Of a stretch of DNA of 64,000 nucleotides, positions 1 to 9,468 are shown in pieces (position 1 is the stretch's first letter; each line of letters opens with the position of its first letter). The position numbers and the translations under genes are program-made. Source of the stretch: Erythrobacteraceae bacterium (GTDB taxonomy: Bacteria > Pseudomonadota > Alphaproteobacteria > Sphingomonadales > Sphingomonadaceae); the NCBI GenBank assembly GCA_027489065.1, contig JAIYAM010000026.1:70-64069 (forward strand), given 5' to 3'. The notes beneath the pieces are model-generated. The model ran no database searches. It saw nothing but the letters and a program-made list of their open reading frames with translations, and was not told where the DNA came from.

Positions 1-50
1 TCAGGGCCGGACTCTAATCGAGACTGGAGGAAAATCAGGGGGTCAGGTCA
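1..50 (-). mobile_element. Left end of an IS3-family (IS407/IS511-like) insertion sequence; the rest lies outside the window
   Basis: Reverse complement of 1-50 is TGACCTGACCCCCTGATTTTCCTCCAGTCTCGATTAGAGTCCGGCCCTGA: 5'-TG start and resemblance, from recall, to IS511-like left ends. It supplies the stop codon of the adjacent ORF. Confidence 0.65.
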
Positions 51-1383
51 CGTGACAGCGATCCAAGACGCCGTAATGAGCCCATTTTTCATGGTCAGCC
101 ACCCCTGCCTTAGGCCCATAGTTTACAAGCACGGTTGTCGCGTGCGGGTGAGCCTTGGCATAGTCTACCAGCGCGGCACCGAACGTGGTCACCGCAGGCG
201 TCTTATAGTGTTTGACCTCGATGATAAGATCGCAACGATCGGCCCCTTTCGGCCCTGCCCACAAACCATAGTCAGGCTGAACGTTATTGGTACGGTTCTT
301 GCCGATCGGGTCGATGCATCGCTCTCGTCGCTCCGCCCAAAGAAACTTCTCGCCTTCGGCGCTCTCGATCGTGGCGAGCTGGGTCTCCTGAAAGGCGAAG
401 GGAAGGGCGCCTTGCGCATCGGTGTGGACTGCTACTCGCTCCGGCTCGATCGCGCTTACGATGCGTGTGGCGATCCACACCGCGTATACCTCAAAGCGTT
501 TTTTCCAGGCCGGAAGAGACAACACCTTTTCTAGCGCCTCAAACTCCCCCGTCGTCGACACAGGTACGCGGGGAATTCGCGCGAACACACGACGAATGGC
601 GGCGCTCAGGGCGGAGTTATCTCGTTCCATCGCCGCATGTCCCAAGACGCGGATCAGGGGACCGACCAGATCATGTTCGACCATTGCGACAGCAATCGGA
701 TCCCGAATTTTGCCCAGACCGATGGCAGAAAGTTGGTGGCTTGCCAGCAGCGAATCGCGTTTGTCGCGAGATTGAATGACTGAGCGCAATGCGTTGAGGG
801 CGGTGGCGGCGACCCAAGCTAGATCGGCAAGGTCGTTATCGAGACGTTCGGGGTGAAGACTAGACGGCAGTTCACGAAACTCGCCGCGATCGAAGTTATC
901 TAGCCAGATTTTGACGTCCTGTGACAACGCTTCGCCCCGCAAACTTGACCTGGCGGCATTCGCCAGATCAAAAGCATCGTCGATGGTTGCATCCCAAACT
1001 TCGGTCACTCCTGGCGCGTGCCGCAGCGTCCTGATGAATTCCTCGAAATGCTCAAGCCCGAGGATCGAAGTTTCGATCGCGATCTGAATCGAGGCCTTTC
1101 CTCGCCGAGCGCCGGCGGCGCGCATGAAGCCGATGATCTCCTGCGACATCGCACTAAATGGCGCGACCACGTCAAACATTGCGCGCACCAGCGTTTCATT
1201 GTCCGGACATCGGGTAAGCGCATCGGTTATATTTAAAGCCTTCGGGTCTAGCGCCGTTTTGACCAGATCAACGAAGTCATTGTCGCGTCCAGCTGGCTCG
1301 AGCCCACCGATCTGGATAATTCGTTGCCAAGTTTCTGAAGGACTGCGGGCTGGTTGTGACGTCTCTGGAGCGCTCTTTTTCAC
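43..1383 (-). CDS. Putative PD-(D/E)XK nuclease with McrC-like C-terminal domain; probably 3'-truncated by the IS
   Basis: C-terminal motifs FEVYAVW, QPDYGLW and DLIIEVKHYK. Likely GTG start at 1383 (ORF track starts at TTG 1425). The last codons (V-T-stop) run into the IS end at position 50. Confidence 0.55.
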   Translation of the reverse strand: MKKSAPETSQPARSPSETWQRIIQIGGLEPAGRDNDFVDLVKTALDPKALNITDALTRCPDNETLVRAMFDVVAPFSAMSQEIIGFMRAAGARRGKASIQIAIETSILGLEHFEEFIRTLRHAPGVTEVWDATIDDAFDLANAARSSLRGEALSQDVKIWLDNFDRGEFRELPSSLHPERLDNDLADLAWVAATALNALRSVIQSRDKRDSLLASHQLSAIGLGKIRDPIAVAMVEHDLVGPLIRVLGHAAMERDNSALSAAIRRVFARIPRVPVSTTGEFEALEKVLSLPAWKKRFEVYAVWIATRIVSAIEPERVAVHTDAQGALPFAFQETQLATIESAEGEKFLWAERRERCIDPIGKNRTNNVQPDYGLWAGPKGADRCDLIIEVKHYKTPAVTTFGAALVDYAKAHPHATTVLVNYGPKAGVADHEKWAHYGVLDRCHVT

Positions 1384-1746
1384 TATCTTTCCCTGCAAAT
1401 TCAGTTGGACGTATACGTGGTGCAAAACCGAAGTCTAGGAACGCTATTGGATCCTGCGAAACGAGCTTGCGAACGACGGTGTCGGGGCGCTTCGCTGGCC
1501 TTGTGCTTCGCAGCGTTATATCGCGGCCTCCATCTGGATCTCACTTTGATGTGAGCGACCGGGTCTGGTGAGACACAGGCCGCATATAAATCAACGGATC
1601 AAGCCCCCAAAGCATTGCCGATTGGGTGGGGGGCTGAGCACGTAGTCCTATCCCGACTTGAGCCGTCGGCCTTTGGAATCGTTCGCGTGAAACGAGCCAA
1701 AGCGCCTTATTCCGGTAAATCCGCAATGGGAGCAAATCACGGCCGG

Positions 1747-3207
1747 TCAAATGTACTTGCGATAGTCTGTGCTTTCGACCTGACCTTCTTTCATGTATTT
1801 TAGAATTTCGCCCACCATTCGTGCGGCCCGGATTGGGATAGGTAGGCGCTGGTTCATTTGGGTCGAATTCCAATTGATCTTGGTGAGGGAGAAAACCTCC
1901 TCTGCCAGCTGAGCGACGGTGCTGTCACAGGTCGGATGGGGACAGAGCAGCAGCGGACGCGGGTCGTACATGCCAGGATAAGTCCCATAATAGGGCATGC
2001 TGCCGTTCGTGTAGAGAAGTCCGTTACCGCCTAGGTCGATGAACGTGCCACGCAGAACCGGGTAGTTCCCGTCACGGAGCAGCTTCACCGAGTACGATTC
2101 CTGGACCCAGACCAAGTCACGCATTTCGGTGCCGGCAGCTTCCAGAGCCTCAAGAATGCCGTCGGCCTCTTCGTCCTTGAAGCGCGACGTCTTCAGCACG
2201 ATCACACGGGCAGGAAGTGTCTTGTGGTGCGTTTTGTAAGCGGCAAGCACGTTCTCAACAATCTCGCGGGCGTCTTCGCGCGTCATGTAAGGGTGGCGGC
2301 CACGACTCTCGGTATGGGCGCGCTTGCCTTTAAGCACGAAGCCGCGCCCGCGTTCGTCAAACATCTGGGCGGCGCTGGTGAAGAGCTGCTGACCGCCAGC
2401 TTCGCGATAGAAACTGATGCCGATGTAGCAGGCGGTGTAATCTCCTTCCTTTGGCAGGCGCCGCCAGGGAATACGGCCGCTCCCCTTGTAGTAGAGCGTG
2501 GTCAGAAGGTTCCAACTGCGGCCAGCTACGTCTTGGATCTTGCGGGCGCTGCTTTCCTTGATTTTCTGGGGAATTGAAACTTTGTCGTCGACCGTATCCT
2601 CCCAGACGATCTGGATCGGAAAGGTGAGATGCATTGCGCGAGCCTTCAGCATGCCGCGGAAGTTCGGAGCGTCGGAGCCGCTGCTGTCGTCTTTCTCAAT
2701 TGTCCCGCCAGCGTCGACCTTCGCGTTCCAGACGCGCTCGAGTAGTCGCACTGGCAGTGCAACGATCGCCACATCAGGGCGGTTGCCACCATCAGCTAGG
2801 GACTCCAGCTCTGCGACGATCTCGTCCACCGCCATCTCGACGGCCTTCTGATGGTCAGGCTCTTTTGCAATCTTGTCGAGCTTGCTCTGCGATAGCACGG
2901 CGGTGGCGCCGTCCTCGATATCGAAGCGGCAGCGGTAGGGGCTTTGATTGCCCAGGCCCGGGAACGCAGGATGCATGTTCGGGTGCTTTTCCGACTTGCC
3001 ATCGACGCCACTCGCCGCTGCATCCAAAAATTTCCGGGTGTCCTCTATTGTCTTGGCGCTGCCTACTACGCCGATCTTGATCACGTCCCCGACGAACGGC
3101 TGAAGAGGGCCTGCCTCGAACAGCCCTAAACGGGGATCCGGATGGTGATGGTGGTCCCCAAACTCCAGCTCGGGTTCTTTGAACACGCGGGTTTCAAAGT
3201 TGGTCAC
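1747..3207 (-). CDS. ago: Short prokaryotic Argonaute (MID-PIWI), catalytically inactive type
   Basis: 486 aa. N-terminal EPELEFG, MID motifs ([16 protein letters not shown]), PIWI region CYIGISFY / VIVLKTSRF / LTKINWN and C-terminal DYRKYI. The catalytic Asp positions appear substituted (GIS, KT). GTG start overlaps the upstream stop (GTGA). Confidence 0.9.
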   Translation of the reverse strand: MTNFETRVFKEPELEFGDHHHHPDPRLGLFEAGPLQPFVGDVIKIGVVGSAKTIEDTRKFLDAAASGVDGKSEKHPNMHPAFPGLGNQSPYRCRFDIEDGATAVLSQSKLDKIAKEPDHQKAVEMAVDEIVAELESLADGGNRPDVAIVALPVRLLERVWNAKVDAGGTIEKDDSSGSDAPNFRGMLKARAMHLTFPIQIVWEDTVDDKVSIPQKIKESSARKIQDVAGRSWNLLTTLYYKGSGRIPWRRLPKEGDYTACYIGISFYREAGGQQLFTSAAQMFDERGRGFVLKGKRAHTESRGRHPYMTREDAREIVENVLAAYKTHHKTLPARVIVLKTSRFKDEEADGILEALEAAGTEMRDLVWVQESYSVKLLRDGNYPVLRGTFIDLGGNGLLYTNGSMPYYGTYPGMYDPRPLLLCPHPTCDSTVAQLAEEVFSLTKINWNSTQMNQRLPIPIRAARMVGEILKYMKEGQVESTDYRKYI

Positions 3208-4538
3208 GCGAATAGCCCACCTTGCTGATCGTCTGGGTCAGCTTTCTTCTTGCCTCCTCCCCATCCATCCTCTGGCACCCGGGTTTCGAGCTCGACGGTC
3301 GGTGGCTCGCCAAAACGAAGTCTTGGTTCTGTATCTACCTCCGAGCCGAACAGGTCGCCTGCGGTGCTGTCGGCATCGCGATCGGCTTGGGTTAGAAAGC
3401 GGTGCCACATAATTACCTGGCCTCTCAGCGCAGCGCTTTTGTCGAGGCGTTTTTTGCCCGCTAGTAAGGCTCCGGGATGCGAATGAGGGGTAAATCCATT
3501 TGTTGTGAAATAGTATGTGGGCGAGATGATCAAATACCAACGGTCGCCCAGGCGCTCGAAGCGCGGCGAGAAGGCATGGTGCCGAACGAACGAGACCTTG
3601 CCCTCCTCCTTGTCGCTCATCGCGACCATGACCACGTCAGCGTCGGTTTTCTTCTTGGCAGATTCGTAAGCGAAGTTGCGCGACGCATCCTTCTCCAGTG
3701 CACGGAAATATAGGATCTTTCTGTCCTTACTCCAATTCAGGTCCTCGCGCGTCTGGTGCCGGAGCGTCTGGCGCAGCAGGTGCATGAACCGGTTCTGCTC
3801 GTCGATATCATCATGGAAGGCCAAGTCTTCCGTGTCGATTGCGTCGACTAGGTCCAGATCCACGATCTGGTTACAAGCTGAGGTGCGTGGATCGTGGAAG
3901 GACCAGAACGTTCCGCCTGCAATCGACCAATCGAAGCGGGGCGTCTCTTCGCCGTCAAGGAGGACTGCAGTCGCACGCCGACCATCGTACGGCGTCGAGG
4001 CTATGAAGATTTCCTTGGGGAGTTCGATCGGCAGTATGTTGACCAGTGCTTCTTCGCCGCCGCCGAGTGCAGGGACATAGTAGCCGAAACCCGCCTTTGG
4101 CACGGTGAGCCCGGCGAGCCGATTGATGCTGGTGTTGTCGAGTACGTCGGCACTCTTATCAATTTGCAGGCGCCGCTCCGCCTGGTCGTTATCCCGCGAC
4201 ACCTCCTTCCAATAGAAGCTGTTGTCGGACTTCCGGTAGAAGACGACTATCACCGGTAGGTTTGACCCCTTCCAGTAATCCAGGTCTTGCTGACGAAGCA
4301 GATAAGCGAACCCGTCATCGGTCTCCGAGGCGTAGCGCCCATCTTCTTTGGCCTTTACCTGGACCGCGATCATTCGGGCCATAGGCTGACCCTTTTCCAT
4401 CACCTCGGCAATCCCGTCGATGCCAGCCTCGAGTCTTGAGCGGCCGTCGAACTGGAAGCCCATCGAGAGGAATCGACCGCGGACTGCGTTCTCGCCGATC
4501 TCGCCAAGAATTTGGTTGGGAGTTAGGTGCTTAGGCAT
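3204..4538 (-). CDS. DUF4365-type nuclease-APAZ fusion, partner of the short pAgo (SPARDA-type system)
   Basis: N-terminus GEIGENAV...[10 protein letters not shown]...IAVQVKA is a PD-(D/E)XK Mrr/DUF4365-like motif. The ~290-aa C-terminal region is translationally coupled to a short pAgo, the arrangement expected of an APAZ partner. Confidence 0.85.
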   Translation of the reverse strand: MPKHLTPNQILGEIGENAVRGRFLSMGFQFDGRSRLEAGIDGIAEVMEKGQPMARMIAVQVKAKEDGRYASETDDGFAYLLRQQDLDYWKGSNLPVIVVFYRKSDNSFYWKEVSRDNDQAERRLQIDKSADVLDNTSINRLAGLTVPKAGFGYYVPALGGGEEALVNILPIELPKEIFIASTPYDGRRATAVLLDGEETPRFDWSIAGGTFWSFHDPRTSACNQIVDLDLVDAIDTEDLAFHDDIDEQNRFMHLLRQTLRHQTREDLNWSKDRKILYFRALEKDASRNFAYESAKKKTDADVVMVAMSDKEEGKVSFVRHHAFSPRFERLGDRWYLIISPTYYFTTNGFTPHSHPGALLAGKKRLDKSAALRGQVIMWHRFLTQADRDADSTAGDLFGSEVDTEPRLRFGEPPTVELETRVPEDGWGGGKKKADPDDQQGGLFA

Positions 4539-4550
4539 GGATGTAGATTA

Positions 4551-4565
4551 GAACATTCAATGAAC
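4551..4565. promoter_or_regulatory. Alphaproteobacterial LexA (SOS) box, GAAC-N7-GAAC
   Basis: GAACattcaatGAAC (minus strand TGTTC-N6-TGTTC), 12 nt before the ATG at 4538 and just downstream of the predicted -10. Confidence 0.7.
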
Positions 4566-4567
4566 AA

Positions 4568-4596
4568 ATCATAGCAGAATCATTTCTGCATGTCGG
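4568..4596 (-). promoter_or_regulatory. Putative sigma70 promoter of the Argonaute operon
   Basis: Minus strand CCGACA-N17-TATGAT with an extended -10 (TGcTATGAT). The spacer contains the inverted repeat GCAGAA-N4-TTCTGC. Confidence 0.5.
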
Positions 4597-4674
4597 CTAC
4601 TATCGCTTGGAGTGGTCAAAACCGCTGACCCAGGTGCCACTATCTCAGGGCGCGGCTGAGGGTTTGCTAGGCGC

Positions 4675-4723
4675 TAACATGACACTCGCCACATGTTAAA
4701 AAATTGGCGATTGTTTTAACATG
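4675..4723. repeat. Three alternating TAACATG boxes forming two inverted repeats
   Basis: TAACATG 4675-4681, CATGTTA 4692-4698, TAACATG 4717-4723. The second pair extends to a 10-bp inverted repeat (CATGTTAAAA-N12-TTTTAACATG). Confidence 0.7.
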
Positions 4724-4858
4724 ACGGCAGCCGCCCCAAGGCGGGATGCGGAACGCTTCCACTTGCGATTTGCGTCGAGGCCAAATTCAAGCAACCCTCT
4801 GTGAGCACGGCTTGCCTACCGTTGCACGCAGAATTGACGTTGATTTAACGTATTATTT

Positions 4859-7138
4859 TCAACTGCCCCTGAGTGATCCGAACATCTCTGAGATGCTTCG
4901 ATCACCATACCGCTCCATACGCGACCGCTCTTTCCATTCATCCTGCATGTGATCGGCGTACCGATCTTCGTCCTCTTCGAACTCTGCGTTTGCCTCCTCG
5001 ACACGCTGGATCATTGAGTTGACGTCGACGCCGAGCTCACTGCGGAAAAATTCTAGGTCCTCGATAAGACCAGAAAACTGCTCCCGTGATCGGCATTCTC
5101 TAAGTTCATCAGAAAAGTACCGCCGCCGATACGTGTCGAAGCTTTCTATGGCGATCGTTGCCTCATGCCCCCCCTCGCATATTTCAACGACGCACAGAAG
5201 CTCCCGCAGTTCGTCCGATCGGCAGCCAGTCCGCGCCTCTTCCAAGACTGCGTCAAGTACTGCCTTTCGCATCTGACTAATGCCGTCAGCGGGCAGCGAA
5301 ACCGCGGCGTCTAGCGCACGGATGAGCTCAACCGCATCATTAATCTCTGGCCGCACCGCGTCCCATTCCTCGATCAGCCGCGCATAAGCCGGTGTGATCA
5401 GCGCAACGATTTCAGACGTACCGAGCCGCTGGGACATCTCGACGATGATCGCGAGACGTTGTTCAAATGTCGGACCGTAGTAAGCGGTGCCGCCACCCTC
5501 CATGGTGATCCGACGACGTTGGCGTGCCGACCGGGCAATCGATGGCGCGATCCGCTGTGAATCGCGTTTCAGCGCGGCCAAGATTTTCCCGCCCTGCTCG
5601 GCTTTTGCTAAGCTCCAAATTTGCTCGATCTGCTCAAAGCGTGCCGCTCCCTCGATCATGTCGACGGCGTTGTCCGGCGCGCCGCGCGCGACGGCATTGA
5701 GCAGATCGAGCACGGAAGGATCGATAACCTCGAACCCCTCCTGACCCCAGGGCTTGATGAAGCTATTCACCACTTCGCGGATGCCAGCTCTGAGATCGTC
5801 GGGCCGTGTCGAGAAGTTGTAACGCGCGGCGCGATGCGCGTGGAGCGGCCCGAAGGCGTCTTCCAGCACGCGCCCACCACATTTACCGCCGAGAGTGCGC
5901 ATGGCGAGCAGCACCGAGCGGCCCGCGTCGGAGATTTCCTGCTCATAGGCGTGGCGCCAAATTTCGGATGGATCGCACAGGAGATTATCGACGAAGCCGC
6001 GATAGCTGTTGACCGGGACCTGCTTCAGTCGGCGGTAGGATGACAGCCACTCGATTAGGCGCGGATTGAACTTCTTATGCTTGACGATCCGCATGTAGAA
6101 TTCACCGCGCAATAGCTCGTCGCGATAAACGTCGGGCAGGTCGCTGAAGTAAAGGTGGTTGTAGAGGATGCGGGCACGCTGCATCGTCGTGTAGCTCGGC
6201 ATGTTCAACATGACACGCAGATCATCCAGCCCGGCATGGCGAAGTCGTTCGGAGCGGCCAAGCGCTTGGGCGAAGACATGCTCGCGGGTGGTCAGCACAA
6301 GTCGCGCGTCGGGCGTCGCCCTGACCATCGCAATAAAGTTGAGCAGCGCGCGGTCGTTGGAGCCGTGAACGCGGTCCCCGGCGAAAGTCGCACCCATGAA
6401 GTCATCAAAATAGAAAATCTGCCGTAAGCCAGGCTGGAATAGCTTTTCGCCCTCCTCGACGTCGCGCTGGATTAGGACGGCCTGATACCCCTGCTCGAGG
6501 TGCGCGTAGAGCAGCAGATCTGCGAGCGTCGTCTTGCCGACGCCCGGCGGTCCTGCAATGATAACGACCCGTTGATCCGCAAGCATCTGCAAAGCTTTAG
6601 GATAGACATCACTCGCTACATACCGGCGCGCCTGCTCAAAGACTTGGCGCGCCTTGAACTCGCTGCGGGTCAGCGCCGCGTTGTGTATGACCCGGTCAAG
6701 GACGCCTCGGCTTGCCAGCCAAAGCTTATAGTGGCGGCCCTCTACATCGGAATGCTGGCCGATCAGGTTATTGAGGTCTTCCGCTCCGAGGATATCCTGA
6801 GGTTGCAGATACTCTTTGCCGATGATCCCGGCGATTGCGTCCTTATTTGTCGGAGACAAAGGAACCGAGGTAACAAGGATGTACCGCGAGGGAGCCAGAT
6901 TGCGAACCTTTACCGCCTCTAGCTCTAAATCGCGCATCAGGCCCTTGAGACCAGTTCGAAGGTAATGCTTTACCTGTATGATCGTCTTTGATGGCCCAAC
7001 AGCATGACGGAGATCTATGCCGCCGTCTTGGCCTGACTTGAAACTTTCGATGTGGACGCCCCAATGCGCCTGCAGCAAGTCGCGAGTAAGAACCTCCAAA
7101 TCGTCCGGAGATAGTTGGTGAAAGTCATACTCGGGCAT
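4859..7138 (-). CDS. Mrr-like restriction endonuclease domain fused to a STAND-class (nSTAND3-like) NTPase
   Basis: N-terminal LEVLTRDLL...GQDGGIDL...IIQVKHY (Mrr_cat pattern), Walker A GPPGVGKTT, Walker B YFDDFMG, sensor LVLTTRE, helical C-terminus; 759 aa. Confidence 0.75.
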   Translation of the reverse strand: MPEYDFHQLSPDDLEVLTRDLLQAHWGVHIESFKSGQDGGIDLRHAVGPSKTIIQVKHYLRTGLKGLMRDLELEAVKVRNLAPSRYILVTSVPLSPTNKDAIAGIIGKEYLQPQDILGAEDLNNLIGQHSDVEGRHYKLWLASRGVLDRVIHNAALTRSEFKARQVFEQARRYVASDVYPKALQMLADQRVVIIAGPPGVGKTTLADLLLYAHLEQGYQAVLIQRDVEEGEKLFQPGLRQIFYFDDFMGATFAGDRVHGSNDRALLNFIAMVRATPDARLVLTTREHVFAQALGRSERLRHAGLDDLRVMLNMPSYTTMQRARILYNHLYFSDLPDVYRDELLRGEFYMRIVKHKKFNPRLIEWLSSYRRLKQVPVNSYRGFVDNLLCDPSEIWRHAYEQEISDAGRSVLLAMRTLGGKCGGRVLEDAFGPLHAHRAARYNFSTRPDDLRAGIREVVNSFIKPWGQEGFEVIDPSVLDLLNAVARGAPDNAVDMIEGAARFEQIEQIWSLAKAEQGGKILAALKRDSQRIAPSIARSARQRRRITMEGGGTAYYGPTFEQRLAIIVEMSQRLGTSEIVALITPAYARLIEEWDAVRPEINDAVELIRALDAAVSLPADGISQMRKAVLDAVLEEARTGCRSDELRELLCVVEICEGGHEATIAIESFDTYRRRYFSDELRECRSREQFSGLIEDLEFFRSELGVDVNSMIQRVEEANAEFEEDEDRYADHMQDEWKERSRMERYGDRSISEMFGSLRGS

Positions 7139-7288
7139 CGCTGTCAGGTGACCTCATCCTTCATGGCATTCTCGATATTCATGCGGGTCTGCAGATTCTT
7201 ATTGCTGCTGAGTCCCTCGCGACCATCAAGGTCTTCATGTTAGGAAACAGGAACGTGCCCACAAAGGGTACCTGTCTCCATGTCGAAA

Positions 7289-8782
7289 CTAGGGATTTTT
7301 CGCCGGCCTACCTTGCTTGCGCTCCCGCGCATCGCGAGCGCGGTCTGGGTCCTCCTTTGACGGCACAGATTCGACATAGCGGCTGACATAGTCAGGTGGC
7401 AGATTATGCTCGGCGCAGCCCGCGACGACAAAATCTTTGTACCAATCGTAGGGCAACAGACTGTCGTCGATGGCATCTGCAGTCGCAAGATACGTCAGGA
7501 CCTTGGACCGCCGCCCCTGAGCGTTGATCACCGTGACCGTTGCGTGCTCATATCCGTTCCCAAGGCCCTCGGCTTTATCAAGCGCAGGACGTTCGGCGGG
7601 ATCAAAGCGGAACAGGACACCGATCACCTGTTGGTCGTCGTTCGTCGCGAAGGCATTGCATTTGCCGGACTTGTCCTTGCTGCGTTTGTGGAACCGCAAA
7701 GCATGGCCCGGTAGGACTGCCATGCCGAGCGGTTCGCAACTCGGCATGCGCGCGCGCAGCCTTTGTGTCGACATGTTCGACCCGTATGCGAAATAGACGG
7801 AATGCTCCGGCGGGCCGATTTCCATGTCAGTCAAAGGTGCAGCTGCCGTTTCGCCCGGCTTGATGATCGTGCGTAGCGGTACCGACATTATGCTGTGCTC
7901 ATCCGTTGGCTCGCCTTCTCGAACGAGAATCGACAACTCACTCTCTTTGTCAAACACAGCCACAGGCCTGCCCTCCCAACCACACTCGGGACAAACAGGC
8001 TGCTCCCACACCATTCCTGGGGTTGCACTGAACTCGCCATGCTCCGGTTCAAGATCCGGCGATCCGCAGGAGGGGCATTCCTCGGGCACACCGCGCAGTG
8101 ACCGCAGGATTTGTGTCATTGCAATGTTCACCGCTTGCTGAGCCAATGAATGCGCCATGTCGGCGTCCAGCCAAGCTGCCGACTTGGCGTGAGTCAGCCA
8201 GTTGTTGAACGTCCAAGCGATTTCAAGCGTTTGCTTGATTGCGCTGCGTCTCTCTTTGTTCGTTTCCCGCGGCAGGAGATCGTTGAAGATGATGTCAACC
8301 CAAGCACGAAAATTCGCGCGTTGCGGCGGCGTGTCCGTCCAGACTGCTGCATCCTGCGTCACTCCAATAATGCTGAGCAATGTCTCGCGACAGCGGACGC
8401 CGATCGCCTGATAATCTGACACGCTTCGGGCCTGTGCGAGAGCCTTACTGACGGCTTCCATTTGCTCCATGACCGGCGCGAAAGGGAGAACCCGGATGTC
8501 CTGCTTCTGTTGGTCCTGCGTGCGCGGGATACGCAGCATCAGGCCAATATGAAAGGTGAGCGCCAGATCCATATTCGGGAACTGCGCCTGCGAATAGAGA
8601 TTAGTGCCTCCGGTGATAACCCACCACCGATCCTTATTGGTATGGACATCCCAAACATGATGGCGCGTATTCAGTATGGCATCGGAGTAAACCTTCTGGA
8701 GGAAGGTCACCTCAAGGTCGGGAGCTTGCCACTCGAAGTACTCACGGACATGCTCGGTCTCTGCTTCGCTCGCCCTTAGCAC
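7289..8782 (-). CDS. Multidomain protein: uncharacterised N-terminal domain, helical domain, Zn ribbon and C-terminal gamma-glutamylcyclotransferase (GGCT/AIG2-like) domain
   Basis: GTG start with GGAGG RBS. Zn knuckles CPSCGS and CPECGW. GGCT motifs YFAYGSNM and LDKAEG-GYE in the last ~170 aa. Confidence 0.75.
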   Translation of the reverse strand: MLRASEAETEHVREYFEWQAPDLEVTFLQKVYSDAILNTRHHVWDVHTNKDRWWVITGGTNLYSQAQFPNMDLALTFHIGLMLRIPRTQDQQKQDIRVLPFAPVMEQMEAVSKALAQARSVSDYQAIGVRCRETLLSIIGVTQDAAVWTDTPPQRANFRAWVDIIFNDLLPRETNKERRSAIKQTLEIAWTFNNWLTHAKSAAWLDADMAHSLAQQAVNIAMTQILRSLRGVPEECPSCGSPDLEPEHGEFSATPGMVWEQPVCPECGWEGRPVAVFDKESELSILVREGEPTDEHSIMSVPLRTIIKPGETAAAPLTDMEIGPPEHSVYFAYGSNMSTQRLRARMPSCEPLGMAVLPGHALRFHKRSKDKSGKCNAFATNDDQQVIGVLFRFDPAERPALDKAEGLGNGYEHATVTVINAQGRRSKVLTYLATADAIDDSLLPYDWYKDFVVAGCAEHNLPPDYVSRYVESVPSKEDPDRARDARERKQGRPAKNP

Positions 8783-8908
8783 TGTTTAGCCTCCAGACAT
8801 CTCGCGGTTCCGTGGCGCGCTAGTCGCGCAAGGATCCAAGCACTGCGTCGCTGTTCCTCAAGTTCTAGCTTTTGCTGTAGATTGCGAAACTGCTATCGTC
8901 ATCCTCCG

Positions 8909-9364
8909 ATGGAACAATCGATCCAAGCAATCTGGAATCAGGACGAAATCCCGGTCGTTCTGCGACGCACGGGGAAAGGCGAACTCCTGCGTGTGCGCTT
9001 GCCGTTCAGTAGCGACAACCGCCAGTGGTTGCAGAATGCTCGCCGCACGACGCCTGCTTGGATCGCATCGCGCAAATTCTGGGAAATACCTAAAGCGTGG
9101 TTCGACGACTTCGTGAATCGCGCGCTGCAGAGATATGGCCGCCTCTACGTGATCCAGCCTTATCGCGAACAGGAGATATGCTCACCGTCCTGCCAGAATG
9201 CCAAGGGGCATGAGTGCCAATGTTCCTGTATGGGCGTCCATCACGGGACCGGGGGGGATGGTAGCTGGTTTGAGGTGTCGGATGCCTTTTCGACCCGCTG
9301 GGGGGAACGGATGCTTGCCTGTCGCCTAATGGTTGCCAAGGTTCCGCCACGCTCTGAGCTTTAG
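8909..9364 (+). CDS. Small hypothetical protein with a Cys/His-rich putative metal-binding C-terminus
   Basis: ATG at 8909 (ORF track starts at TTG 8882). Motif CSPSCQNAKGHECQCSCMGVHHG. Divergent from the GGCT fusion gene. Confidence 0.6.
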   Translation: MEQSIQAIWNQDEIPVVLRRTGKGELLRVRLPFSSDNRQWLQNARRTTPAWIASRKFWEIPKAWFDDFVNRALQRYGRLYVIQPYREQEICSPSCQNAKGHECQCSCMGVHHGTGGDGSWFEVSDAFSTRWGERMLACRLMVAKVPPRSEL

Positions 9365-9468
9365 GGGGAACTCTGATGAACATACCCCGCTGCGGGAGCG
9401 GGTGTGAGTTGGGAGATGGACTCAGTTCATGGTTTGAGCGGCCAAGAACTTGAGGTATCCCGGCCAGC

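Noticed and set aside
9368-9381. Second LexA box upstream of the helicase (GAAC-N6-GAAC)
   Set aside because: Spacing is 6 rather than 7; a GTTC-N5-GTTC near 8855 also fails.
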